From positions 704,001 to 768,000 of the forward strand of contig JBMNEZ010000001.1 in the NCBI GenBank assembly GCA_050949045.1: DNA of 64,000 bases, written 5' to 3'. The notes beneath the pieces were generated by a model that ran no database searches, was not told where the DNA came from, and was given only the letters and a program-made list of their open reading frames with translations. Made by a program: the position numbers and the translations under genes. Numbering within the stretch: position 1 is the first letter of the stretch; the number at the start of each line of letters is the position of its first letter. Of this stretch, positions 1 to 9,698 are shown in pieces. The DNA is from Candidatus Izemoplasmatales bacterium. Lineage in GTDB: Bacteria > Bacillota_I > Bacilli_A > Izemoplasmatales > Hujiaoplasmataceae.

Positions 1-2
1 AC

Positions 3-3000
3 CTCAATCATTTCCCAAAAATCAGAAGTGACTTTCTCAGCGCTCGGGAAACTCTCGAGCGCAATTTGGATGATACTAGAAACAACCATATCCAAGAAAT
101 CGAGCGTATCAGAGACAACTACGAATCGTTCGAAAACAATCATGCGATCGAATACCGCCAGCAAGAAGATGACTATCTTGCGGCCGTTTCTCTCATCAAC
201 GAAGAATATGAAGACATCTTCTCAAAAATAGACTCCGATCTCTCGCATCAGAGAGCTGTTTTCGATGGACGCACAAAAGCTGAGACCGAACAATTCAAAA
301 GCATCATGGCCAGCATTGATAATCTCCGTCAAGATGCCTATTCCAAATACCTTGAACTAACCGACGCAATAAACAAAAAGATCGACCATGAGATGAAAGT
401 CCATATCGACTTCATCAATCAAGAAGATGCTGTTCTCGCAAACATCCACAAAGAATACCAAGAACGAAATGCCCAGCAAGCCAACCGCCTCTTGTGGACC
501 ATCGAACAGTCCCGAAATGCACTTGAGACGCTTGCAAAAGAATTGCAGTCAACTTCAATGAACGAAGTCGCGTTCATGAATGAGTCGATCCTGAAAATAA
601 TCGAGTCGCTTCGTGAGACTGGAAACCGGATAACGGTTTTGTTCAAGTCCACTTCCGACTTGTTTCTCAAACAGAAAGATAAAATCGAAAATTTGAATCT
701 CGAACGGCAAAAACCGCATTCACAACTCAATCAGATAATCATCAGGCAATATGTCAAACAAATTCGCGATGTCAATCACAAAAGGACCGTTTTTGACCAA
801 ATGGTCAAAACCGAACTCGAAAAATCATTGCTTGTCCTCGGGCAACGCATCGTCGACTACGATGCGAGTAACGACAAGCTAGAAACCGAGAAAGCGATTC
901 TTCAGTATGAGATTGCCCAGGAAAAAGCTGACTATCTGCTTCACAAAAACCAAGCAATGTCTGATTTGTTGATATCCAAATACCAAAACGAAATCAAAAA
1001 AATCAAAATTGATTCTTTCAAGAGAGTCGAAGAGATCAAACTTGCCTATTACATGCCTGCGGCTTTCTACCAAAACAGCGTTAATTTATACAGTAATTTT
1101 GCATTTTACACACGTGAATCTTTTAACGAACTTGATGGTTTGTTGAGCAGTCTTCTAGAATACAACAACCAACTTGCTGACACTAAGAACGCCTACATCT
1201 CCCTGAGCACCAAAACCGTCGAAGACTACAAGCTCAAGGTTATGGTCCATGTGAACAGTGTAACGAGCAAATTGACTGACCTTGTTTCAAAAATCGATGA
1301 ATTAAGCAAAAAGATCATCACGCTTGAATCAAATAATCAGCTGGAAATCGCAGAAATCCGCAAAAAAATGGAATCTGTTGATATCACCGGAGATTATCAG
1401 AAATATATTGCCGGATTAGATAATGATGAATATTTTGCTTGTTATCAACATGACATTAACATGCAAAAAATCCGCTCGGAACACACCTATCAAGAAAGCC
1501 TGCTCCTCGTGGAAAAATCCGCTAACCAAATCCACAAGGACAAGTCTGTGCTTAATAGTTCCATCAGACATCTTCTTGCTTTAGCCGCTTCCGAGAAAAA
1601 CATCCGTGATCTGACATTTGACAAAGAACTCGCTTTGTTTTACGCCCAGCATGCCCTAATGGTTTCTGAACAGGCAACGAAGGAAAAACTCGAGAAACTC
1701 ACATTGGAGTATTATTTCTCCAAGCATGCCAATCTGCTTGCCCGTGGCTATGAGCATCTGAGAAAGACAAATGATCTTGAGATGCAGGCTGGAAGCGAGA
1801 CCGTCGTTGACTACGTGCACAAGACCCAGAAACTGATTGACTTGAACGAAAGTGACGCCGATATGATCAAGCGACGGATAACAGTCAATGAATCCGAACG
1901 TGAGTATGCCTATTACCTTGAAAAAAGCAGAGAAAAGATCATCCGTCAGATCGAGTCGCTCTCAGCCCAGAAAGTTCAGAAAAGTGAACAGGCCTTGGTT
2001 CTTTATAAGAATCACTTCTATTCGACAATCTTCGCAATTCAGCGCTTGTTTGATAATCATCTCTATTCTCTCAAGCGGAGCCTCCTCAGACTTGACCGAA
2101 ACACCGCAAACGCCCAAGCTGCCGATTTGACTGACAAAAACGGTTTTCTCCGTCTTGTTTGCGAAAACATCGACAAAGCGTTCACGCTTGCCGAAGCATC
2201 GCTTCTGCAACTCCGGCCTCAGTTCAATTTAGAAACTGTCGCTTCGTTGAGGAAACAATATCTCTCGCGATACAGCACTCTTTCTGCTCGGTCTCTTAAA
2301 TTGTTGAAAAGAACTTCCGGCAAATCAAGGAAAACATATGCCATTCTCGAAACCTTCTACGTTGAATCAATCAAACTAATCGATGGTATCCTGTCTTCCA
2401 TGAGAAAGATCATTGATAGTGCTGAGATCGATATCACCAGAGATGATGTCCTTTTTATCGAAAGAAGCAACCAACAAAGAAATAAAACTGTCAGAATCAT
2501 CAACCGCGAATTTGATCGGCTTGTCTACGATGCCGTCAAAACCGGCAAACGCAAAAACCGGCAAATCAAAACCATCACTAAAAGAGCCGAAGTCCTGAAC
2601 AATATCCTAAAAGACAAGGTCAAACTCGTCAATGATGCTTATCTCAGCCAAGTCCATGCCTCGAAAGCGAAACTTGAGTTCATCAAACGCGAGTTGGCAA
2701 ATATGATCAGTGACAATGAAAAAGCCCTGAGAATGCAACTTCGAACCGATCGAAAGCGATACGAATCAGAACGTAAACTCATGAAAAAACGCCATTCTGA
2801 TTTTCTGAAAGTCTATCAGATGTTCAAAAAACACTCGGAATATCTTTACCAACATGAAACTGACTTCATTGAAAAATCAACTCTCTCCAAATTAGCCGAC
2901 TATGATCAGGCCCTGATCACACTTGACAAAAAAGTCATCCAACTTCCTGAAGATACTAGAGCGCTATCAAAGCAACTCGAAACCGAAAAAATGGCTCTTG

Positions 3001-3425
3001 TTGAAAAACGCAACCATTCCATGCATGATCAGTTGACGGCGATTGAATCACAGAAATTTATCGCCCGTCCTAAATTCATTGAAACGATCGAAGCTATCAG
3101 AAAGCGGCTGCCGTCAGACTATCTTGAGTTGTATCGACAAATCCAAACCGCTGAAAACGATTTTCTATCACAGTTTCACAATACTGACCTTGTCTTCGCC
3201 AAAGATTTTAAAGATTTCCTTAGAGACCAGACAAAATACACTGAAGTTTTAAACAATGACCTGCCTCTCAAACCATTTGACAGTTTTCTGAAGTTTCAAG
3301 AGTATATCTACGAAAAAACGGATCTCGTTTTTCTTGAAACCATTGACAAGTCTAACCAGACCAAAAAGATGATAGCCGATGAAGAACAGCGGATGAAAGA
3401 CAAAGAAAAGCGCATCATCGGCTAA
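3..3425 (+). CDS. Large coiled-coil hypothetical protein (>1100 aa; 5' end outside the window)
   Basis: The frame is open from position 3 (LNHFPKIRSDF...) into the 1119-aa ORF. The protein is rich in E/K/L/Q/I and looks helical throughout. No catalytic motif recognised. Confidence 0.85.
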   Translation, partial: LNHFPKIRSDFLSARETLERNLDDTRNNHIQEIERIRDNYESFENNHAIEYRQQEDDYLAAVSLINEEYEDIFSKIDSDLSHQRAVFDGRTKAETEQFKSIMASIDNLRQDAYSKYLELTDAINKKIDHEMKVHIDFINQEDAVLANIHKEYQERNAQQANRLLWTIEQSRNALETLAKELQSTSMNEVAFMNESILKIIESLRETGNRITVLFKSTSDLFLKQKDKIENLNLERQKPHSQLNQIIIRQYVKQIRDVNHKRTVFDQMVKTELEKSLLVLGQRIVDYDASNDKLETEKAILQYEIAQEKADYLLHKNQAMSDLLISKYQNEIKKIKIDSFKRVEEIKLAYYMPAAFYQNSVNLYSNFAFYTRESFNELDGLLSSLLEYNNQLADTKNAYISLSTKTVEDYKLKVMVHVNSVTSKLTDLVSKIDELSKKIITLESNNQLEIAEIRKKMESVDITGDYQKYIAGLDNDEYFACYQHDINMQKIRSEHTYQESLLLVEKSANQIHKDKSVLNSSIRHLLALAASEKNIRDLTFDKELALFYAQHALMVSEQATKEKLEKLTLEYYFSKHANLLARGYEHLRKTNDLEMQAGSETVVDYVHKTQKLIDLNESDADMIKRRITVNESEREYAYYLEKSREKIIRQIESLSAQKVQKSEQALVLYKNHFYSTIFAIQRLFDNHLYSLKRSLLRLDRNTANAQAADLTDKNGFLRLVCENIDKAFTLAEASLLQLRPQFNLETVASLRKQYLSRYSTLSARSLKLLKRTSGKSRKTYAILETFYVESIKLIDGILSSMRKIIDSAEIDITRDDVLFIERSNQQRNKTVRIINREFDRLVYDAVKTGKRKNRQIKTITKRAEVLNNILKDKVKLVNDAYLSQVHASKAKLEFIKRELANMISDNEKALRMQLRTDRKRYESERKLMKKRHSDFLKVYQMFKKHSEYLYQHETDFIEKSTLSKLADYDQALITLDKKVIQLPEDTRALSKQLETEKMALVEKRNHSMHDQLTAIESQKFIARPKFIETIEAIRKRLPSDYLELYRQIQTAENDFLSQFHNTDLVFAKDFKDFLRDQTKYTEVLNNDLPLKPFDSFLKFQEYIYEKTDLVFLETIDKSNQTKKMIADEEQRMKDKEKRIIG

Positions 3426-3440
3426 GCCTCAGGAGGAGAA

Positions 3441-6371
3441 ATGGCAGAAACAAAGAACAAGCTTCAACAGGAGCTCGACAACAAAAAAACATTTCTCGAG
3501 AAGTCTAAAACAGCCTTTGAATCCGAACTGGCCTTGTTTGAGCGTTTCTTCCAATCCATCACCCATCATGCCCAGACCCACAGACAGATCACGCTCAATA
3601 ATATCGAAGCGATCGAGGAAAGATTGATCTCCCTCAAGGAACAGGCGGCCCAACTTAAAGACTCAATTATCTACCATGACGAGACCGTCATTGTCGACAG
3701 GCAGGAAATAATCGCCCAAACCGAAGCAAAAGTCCATGCTAATAATGTCTCTATTCTCGATTTTGACCGGGCCCACGCCGATGACCTCGTCGATACGCTC
3801 GACTATCTCAACAAGGCTCTCATCCAGGTCAAGGTTAATTTCTTCGACTCTTTCCGTCGCCATTTTCTCGATGTCATCGTGGAAAACCAAGACTATTACG
3901 CCTATATTGAAAAAGTGTCGAACCAGTTCCAAAATATCCTCTCCCGGCACCAAGAAGAAATCATCAATACTTTTCTCTCCCTCAACGAAGAAATTACCCA
4001 CATGGATGACGGCATTACCGACATCATCAAGCGCAAAAACGAGACAATCCAGAACATTGAAACCTTCTTCACCCGAGAGATGAAGAATTATCTCGACAAC
4101 CAATTGATGTTTTCTCCGGTTGCCGACCCCACTTCCATTGATATCCAAGCGCTAGTATCAGACAAGATCGTTCAATATAACACCTTTAAGAAACATCTTG
4201 AATCTCAGAATGCCAAAATGATCGCCCACCTCAATGAGAAAGCAAGTTATCTCATCAAGGAGATCAAGGAACGCTTGCTTGAACAAAAGTCGCTCGAATT
4301 GACAGGCACAGCCGATTTTTTCACTGATCCCCAAGCGAATCTCATTGTTTTGAAAACCCGATTGCTCGAAGCCGAGGCCCAGAAAGACAAACACGAAGCG
4401 GAAAAACTTGCCCTAGCCGTCGAAACCCTGAATCAATATCGGTTACTCGAAGAACATGCTGAAAAACGGGCCAGATTCCTTGCAAGAAAACAGCGCCGAT
4501 ATTTGAACCGCATGCTCAAGGAATACTTGATCGAATCGGCGAAAACAATGAACAATCTCGAAAGAACGCTGTCCTTATACCAGAACTTGATGGATTACGA
4601 CACTTTTTTAGCCCAGGCAATCGGTGATGATTCGACCAAAATCATCAAAGCCGAACTTGACCACCTCGAGATTCTGGCAATGAATAAAGAACTCAAACTC
4701 AACATTGATTTTGATATCAACAGCATCAATATCAAAACTAAAATCAATGAGGTTGAGAACAAACTCATCTATCAGGTGAAAAAACAGATGCTGCTCCAGC
4801 AAATCGAACTGATCGAACTGATCGCCGACATCCAGATTTCCATCCTAGACAAAAAAGCGATGGTGTTCACCGCCAAAAACATGGTCCAGCGCGAACGGAT
4901 CTTGATCGACCGCCTTGAAACCGCGATGAACTACCATCTTGAGTACCTCCACCAGGTTGCCGGTTTGAACCGCGCCTGGAATTCTGAGGTCCTTGAATTG
5001 ATCATCGCGGATATCCGTGGCCGCGAAACTTACAATATCCACGTCGTCGAGGCTGCCTCCAAGGTCAAGCTCGGTCTCAAGGAATATGATATGAAGGCTC
5101 TCCACTTCAAGACGATGTTTGAAAATGAACTCAGTTATTTGGTTATGCAGTCTTCAAGAGTCAGCGAAGAAAACGCGATCCATAACGAGTTTCTCCTGAC
5201 AACTCTCGAAAACCAGATGCGCTTCACCAAAGAACAGATCGATCTAGCCAATATTGAATATCGTCTCCGAATTGAGGCAATCATCAAGGCTGTCGATGAA
5301 GAGCGCGCCTATTTCAATGAATTTATTGAAAGCGCCGAACAGAAATACCATAAGAATATCACAATCCTCGAAAACGAATACCAGGTTGAGTTATATAAAA
5401 ATCTCCATATGTTGGAAGAAACCAAAGATCTCAAAATCCAAAAACTGTTGAACAAAGACCTTGAAAAACTCCGCAAGGGCTATGAGGCCAGCCAGATCCA
5501 GATCCTTGAGGCACTGGAAAAAGACCAAAAAATCATTCAAACGAAGCGACGTCTCCGCGACCTTGATGCCCACCTTGAAGATGCTTTGAAAGACGCCGAG
5601 ACGCTTCGCGACGACACGATCCAGGAAATGAAAGAGCAATACACTTTCGCGAAGGATCGCTATGATGCCCTAAAACCCTATCTCGATCAAAAAGTGAATA
5701 TTCTTGATCCGACTTTCTACCAGACTCTCGAAAGCATTAACAAGCGGCTTCGCTACAAACTCAAAACTGCCGAAATCGAACTTGAAAATGAGACTCAGGC
5801 TCTTCTTGACGAATACGTAAAAATCTATTTCATGGAGATGCCTGATTCCGACAATGCCGCCCTGCGCATGAAAATCGATGAACTTTCAACCGCTAGGGAT
5901 AACGCGAGCGAAGCATACGCAGAGAAAATGAACCTTCTTGAGGAAGCTTTCCAGGCTGAACTTGAAGCGTATAAGCAGGAAATCAAAAAGCATGAAGATG
6001 AAAGACAAACCATCATAGCTACGATCATCGCAAAGCGTGATCAAACGCTTGCGGATCTTAATAACGAACTCGATGCGACCAACCAGTACGACGCCGAAAC
6101 TAGGAAGGCACTGGCAATCCAGCATGAGCAACAGGTCAAAGATTTGACCGCTGAATACGAAAACGGCCGCTTGACCAATCACCGTTTCCGCGAAGAGATC
6201 GCTTCCGAATTCACACAATTGACTAATTCCTACAAGCCTTATATCAAGTTTGCCAAACGCAATCCCGATATCCGTGACATCTTCCGTTTCGTTTCAAAAG
6301 AAGCGAACCGGAAACTAAGAAAAAACATCAAATTGATCCGGCGGACGGCAAAAAAAACTCCCTATGTATGA
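3441..6371 (+). CDS. Large coiled-coil hypothetical protein (976 aa)
   Basis: Strong RBS AGGAGG before the ATG, 15 bp after the previous stop. Charged, heptad-like composition with a basic C-terminus. Confidence 0.88.
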   Translation: MAETKNKLQQELDNKKTFLEKSKTAFESELALFERFFQSITHHAQTHRQITLNNIEAIEERLISLKEQAAQLKDSIIYHDETVIVDRQEIIAQTEAKVHANNVSILDFDRAHADDLVDTLDYLNKALIQVKVNFFDSFRRHFLDVIVENQDYYAYIEKVSNQFQNILSRHQEEIINTFLSLNEEITHMDDGITDIIKRKNETIQNIETFFTREMKNYLDNQLMFSPVADPTSIDIQALVSDKIVQYNTFKKHLESQNAKMIAHLNEKASYLIKEIKERLLEQKSLELTGTADFFTDPQANLIVLKTRLLEAEAQKDKHEAEKLALAVETLNQYRLLEEHAEKRARFLARKQRRYLNRMLKEYLIESAKTMNNLERTLSLYQNLMDYDTFLAQAIGDDSTKIIKAELDHLEILAMNKELKLNIDFDINSINIKTKINEVENKLIYQVKKQMLLQQIELIELIADIQISILDKKAMVFTAKNMVQRERILIDRLETAMNYHLEYLHQVAGLNRAWNSEVLELIIADIRGRETYNIHVVEAASKVKLGLKEYDMKALHFKTMFENELSYLVMQSSRVSEENAIHNEFLLTTLENQMRFTKEQIDLANIEYRLRIEAIIKAVDEERAYFNEFIESAEQKYHKNITILENEYQVELYKNLHMLEETKDLKIQKLLNKDLEKLRKGYEASQIQILEALEKDQKIIQTKRRLRDLDAHLEDALKDAETLRDDTIQEMKEQYTFAKDRYDALKPYLDQKVNILDPTFYQTLESINKRLRYKLKTAEIELENETQALLDEYVKIYFMEMPDSDNAALRMKIDELSTARDNASEAYAEKMNLLEEAFQAELEAYKQEIKKHEDERQTIIATIIAKRDQTLADLNNELDATNQYDAETRKALAIQHEQQVKDLTAEYENGRLTNHRFREEIASEFTQLTNSYKPYIKFAKRNPDIRDIFRFVSKEANRKLRKNIKLIRRTAKKTPYV

Positions 6372-6403
6372 AAATGACACTCTATTAATGAGCGTCATTT
6401 TTT
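6371..6403. terminator. Bidirectional intrinsic terminator
   Basis: AAAATGAC...GTCATTTTTTT hairpin between convergent genes. Confidence 0.7.
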
Positions 6404-7582
6404 TTAGCGAAGATCTTTCAACAAACTTATGCCGATGTCGGTTTGGGAAACATTGAAATTCTCAGCGATCGTCGCCCCGATATTCGCAAAGGTCTCCCCC
6501 GGTGCCATGAACTGCCCTTGAAGATCGGGATTAAAGATGAACAAGGGGACATATTCGCGGGTATGATCGGTTCCAGAATAGGTAGGATCGTTACCGTGAT
6601 CAGCCGTGATCATTAACAGATCGTCGCTCGTGATTTTTTTACACAATTCCCCGAGATCGCTATCAAACTCCTCAAGAGCATGCTTGTAGCCCTTGACGTC
6701 GCGCCTGTGACCATAGAGAGCGTCAAAATCGACCAGATTGACAAATGTCAGTCCGGTGAATTCGCTCTCGGCGAGCGCCATTGTTTTCATCATGCCGTCA
6801 TGGTTGGAGATAATGGGATGATGGTCGGTGATGCCGGAGTTGTTAAAGATATCACGGATCTTCCCGACGGAAATGACGTCATACTTATCCCGTTCCAGAT
6901 AATTGAGCACCGTATCCTCAGGCGGACTGAGAGCATAATCATGGCGATTGGTCGTCCGTTTGAAACCGGTTTTTTCGCTGCCGAGGAACGGCCTGGCGAT
7001 GATCCGCCCGACCTTCCATTCATCTCTCATGGTAATCTGCCTGGCTTTCTTGCAAATGTCGTAGAGTTCGACTAGCGGCACGACTTCCTCGTGTGCCGCA
7101 ATTTGCAAAACCGAATCGGCGGAGGTGTAAACGATCAAGGCTCCTGTCCGACAATGCTCAGCGCCCAATGTGGCAATGATCTCTGTGCCGGAGGCCGCGA
7201 CGTTGCCAATTATCTTTCTATTCGAAGCTTTCTCCAATTCATCGAGCAACGCTTTCGGGAAGCCTTTGTCGGTGAAGGTCTTGAACGGTTTGACGGTCTT
7301 GATCCCCATCATCTCCCAGTGACCCGTCATCGTGTCTTTGCCATTGCTAAGCTCGGCTAGTTTCGTGGTGTTCGCAAGTGGCCGTTCTACCGGCGGGACA
7401 CCGATGATTTCCGTCAGGTTTCCAAAGCCAAAAGCGCCGAGCGTCGGTAAAGCGATCCCGCCGGCAGCCTTTGCCAGGTTGCCTATCGTGTTCGCTCCTT
7501 GGTCGCCGTAAGCCTTGGCGTCCGGCAAGGCGCCGACCCCGACGGAATCGATGACAATCAGGAATATGCGTTTGTATTTCAT
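6404..7582 (-). CDS. deoB: Phosphopentomutase
   Basis: Motifs IVIDSVGVG, GKDTMTGHWE, NLVDFDALYGHRRD, ITADHGNDP and TDHTREYVP. Confidence 0.97.
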   Translation of the reverse strand: MKYKRIFLIVIDSVGVGALPDAKAYGDQGANTIGNLAKAAGGIALPTLGAFGFGNLTEIIGVPPVERPLANTTKLAELSNGKDTMTGHWEMMGIKTVKPFKTFTDKGFPKALLDELEKASNRKIIGNVAASGTEIIATLGAEHCRTGALIVYTSADSVLQIAAHEEVVPLVELYDICKKARQITMRDEWKVGRIIARPFLGSEKTGFKRTTNRHDYALSPPEDTVLNYLERDKYDVISVGKIRDIFNNSGITDHHPIISNHDGMMKTMALAESEFTGLTFVNLVDFDALYGHRRDVKGYKHALEEFDSDLGELCKKITSDDLLMITADHGNDPTYSGTDHTREYVPLFIFNPDLQGQFMAPGETFANIGATIAENFNVSQTDIGISLLKDLR

Positions 7583-7587
7583 GATTA

Positions 7588-8490
7588 TTATCCCTTCCTT
7601 GCCCGTGGATGGGCACTCGTATATGCCTCTACAAGATGTTTTTTGCTGATGTGGGTATAATTTTCGGTCGTCAGGATATCCTCGTGTCCGAGAAGTTCCT
7701 GAACCGCTTTGAGATCCGCTCCGTTTTCAAGCATATGGGTCGCAAAGGAATGTCTCAAGGTGTGAGGCGAGATCGGTTTTTCGATTCCCGCCTTTTTGGC
7801 AAGCGTCTGGATCACTTTGAAAAAGCCCACACGGCTGATCTGCCTGCCCCGGTTGTTGATGAATACGGATTCTTTATCAATGGGATTTTGTTTCGGCCTT
7901 GACTGCGATAGATAGTTCCTGATGGCGATCACCGCCTCTTCGCCAAGGGGGACGATCCGTTCCTTGTTTCCTTTCCCGGTGATATTGACGAAACCCATAT
8001 TGAGGTGCAGATCAGAAAGTTTTAGAGCGATCAATTCCGTTACCCGGAGACCGGCTCCATAGGCGAGTTCGATCATCGCCACATTGCGCAGATCCGATGG
8101 CTTCCCTTCGCCGATAGAGACTTTCAAAAGCCGATTGATCTCCTCGAGATTCAAGACGACCGGGAGCGTCCTCGCCGTCTTCGGCTTCTGGACTTTGCTT
8201 GCGATGTTCTCGCTCACTTCTTTCTCAAGCAAAAGATACTTGTGGAACGAACGGATCGAGGAGAGTTTGCGGGTGATGCTCGCGGGCACCATCTCCTGTC
8301 TCTTGAGCCGCGAGATGTAGTTTTGCAGATGTTTCTTCTCGACTTGATTCATCCGCTTGATGCCGTAGTTGTTGCTGATGAAGCCCAAATAGTCCTTGAT
8401 GTCATTCTCATAGGAAATGATCGTGTTTTTGCTGAGGCCTTTTTCGGTGCGTAAGTAATAAACGTATTCTTTCAATAAAGCTTTGAGCAT
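7588..8490 (-). CDS. xerD: Tyrosine recombinase XerD
   Basis: Motifs GLRVTEL, GKGNKERIVP, PHTLRHSFATH and LLGH...TTENYTH. Confidence 0.92.
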   Translation of the reverse strand: MLKALLKEYVYYLRTEKGLSKNTIISYENDIKDYLGFISNNYGIKRMNQVEKKHLQNYISRLKRQEMVPASITRKLSSIRSFHKYLLLEKEVSENIASKVQKPKTARTLPVVLNLEEINRLLKVSIGEGKPSDLRNVAMIELAYGAGLRVTELIALKLSDLHLNMGFVNITGKGNKERIVPLGEEAVIAIRNYLSQSRPKQNPIDKESVFINNRGRQISRVGFFKVIQTLAKKAGIEKPISPHTLRHSFATHMLENGADLKAVQELLGHEDILTTENYTHISKKHLVEAYTSAHPRARKG

Positions 8491-8499
8491 GCTTCCCTC

Positions 8500-9606
8500 C
8501 TATATGACCACCAGGAAAACCTGATTGGCAAGATCCAGACCGCGATCGGTGAGTCTGAGACGTGTTCCCCTCAACTCAAGCAAGCCATTGTCCAAGTGTT
8601 TCCTTAACCCGGGAAAGAGTGTGAATGGCGAGCTGCCAAACCGTTTCTCGAAAGCCGTGAGGCTGATGCCTTCCACCAGGCGGAGACCAAGGATAATCGT
8701 TTCCTTTTCCGGTTCAAATTCTTCTACAGTCTCCAGGGGATGCCCGAACTCAAGTACTTGGTTCAGATAATCGCTGATCCGATCTGGGTTATGATAACGG
8801 CGATGGCCATATTGTGATGCGGCCCCCAAACCGATGCCGAGATATTCTTCAAGATTCCAGTAAAGCAGGTTGTGTTTTGCCTCCCGCCCGGGACGAGCGT
8901 AATTGCTGATTTCGTAACGTCGCAACCCTGCCTTTTCAAGCCTGAGATTGACTAGCTTTCCTTGCTCAAAGACCTGATCTTCATCCAGGAAGAGCACACC
9001 CTTCCTCACTAGGTAGCCCAGTTCCGTTTTCTCCTCTAAAATCAGCTGGTAGTAAGAAACGTGAGCCGGGTCGAGTTTCAAAAGCAATTCAAGATCATTA
9101 TTCACAGAGTCGATACTTTGTCCTGGATAACCGTAGATCATGTCGATGTTGATGTCAAAGTCAAAATCCCTTAAAATATCGACAGCCTTTTTGATAGTTG
9201 CGAAGCCATGCTTTCTATGCATGTGTTGTCGAATATCCATATCGAAAGTCTGGACTCCGAGAGAAACTCTCGTCACACCGGCATCCCGCATCAGAGATGC
9301 CCTGCTATAATCGATATCCTCGGGGTTGGCCTCAACGGTGTACTCGGTGATGGTTCTCGTATTCAAATTGTTGGTAATCATCTTCAAAACACGTCCAAAT
9401 GCCGGTGCGCTCAGACTGGTTGGAGTCCCCCCGCCGATGTAGATCGTTTCGATCATGTCCAAAAGCGATCTGACATGCCCCAGCTCCGTTGCCAACGACT
9501 GAAGATAGTTGTCGATCAGTTCTGGCTTGGCCACAAGTTTACAAAAATCACAGTAACTACAGATATTCCGGCAAAACGGAATATGGATGTACAGACCCTT
9601 AATCAA
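8500..9606 (-). CDS. hemW: Radical SAM heme chaperone (HemN-like)
   Basis: Motifs YIHIPFCRNICSYCDF, IGGGTP, RYEISNYA and HNLLYW. Lies downstream of lepA. Probable TTG start at 9606 after GGTGA. Confidence 0.92.
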   Translation of the reverse strand: MIKGLYIHIPFCRNICSYCDFCKLVAKPELIDNYLQSLATELGHVRSLLDMIETIYIGGGTPTSLSAPAFGRVLKMITNNLNTRTITEYTVEANPEDIDYSRASLMRDAGVTRVSLGVQTFDMDIRQHMHRKHGFATIKKAVDILRDFDFDINIDMIYGYPGQSIDSVNNDLELLLKLDPAHVSYYQLILEEKTELGYLVRKGVLFLDEDQVFEQGKLVNLRLEKAGLRRYEISNYARPGREAKHNLLYWNLEEYLGIGLGAASQYGHRRYHNPDRISDYLNQVLEFGHPLETVEEFEPEKETIILGLRLVEGISLTAFEKRFGSSPFTLFPGLRKHLDNGLLELRGTRLRLTDRGLDLANQVFLVVI

Positions 9607-9612
9607 ACCGAT

Positions 9613-9643
9613 CACCAATATTATGTTAACATAATAATTGGTG
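9613..9643. promoter_or_regulatory. Near-perfect 31-bp palindrome upstream of hemW-xerD-deoB
   Basis: CACCAA-TATTATGTTAACATAATA-A-TTGGTG, with a perfect 18-bp core at 9619-9636. Confidence 0.55.
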
Positions 9644-9671
9644 TTTGTATACCATTATGCACCTCAAAAAT

Positions 9672-9698
9672 AAAGGCGCCCTGCACAGGGGCGCCTTT
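9672..9698 (-). terminator. Intrinsic terminator after lepA
   Basis: AAAGGCGCCC...GGGCGCCTTT stem with a U-rich tail on the minus strand. Confidence 0.75.
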
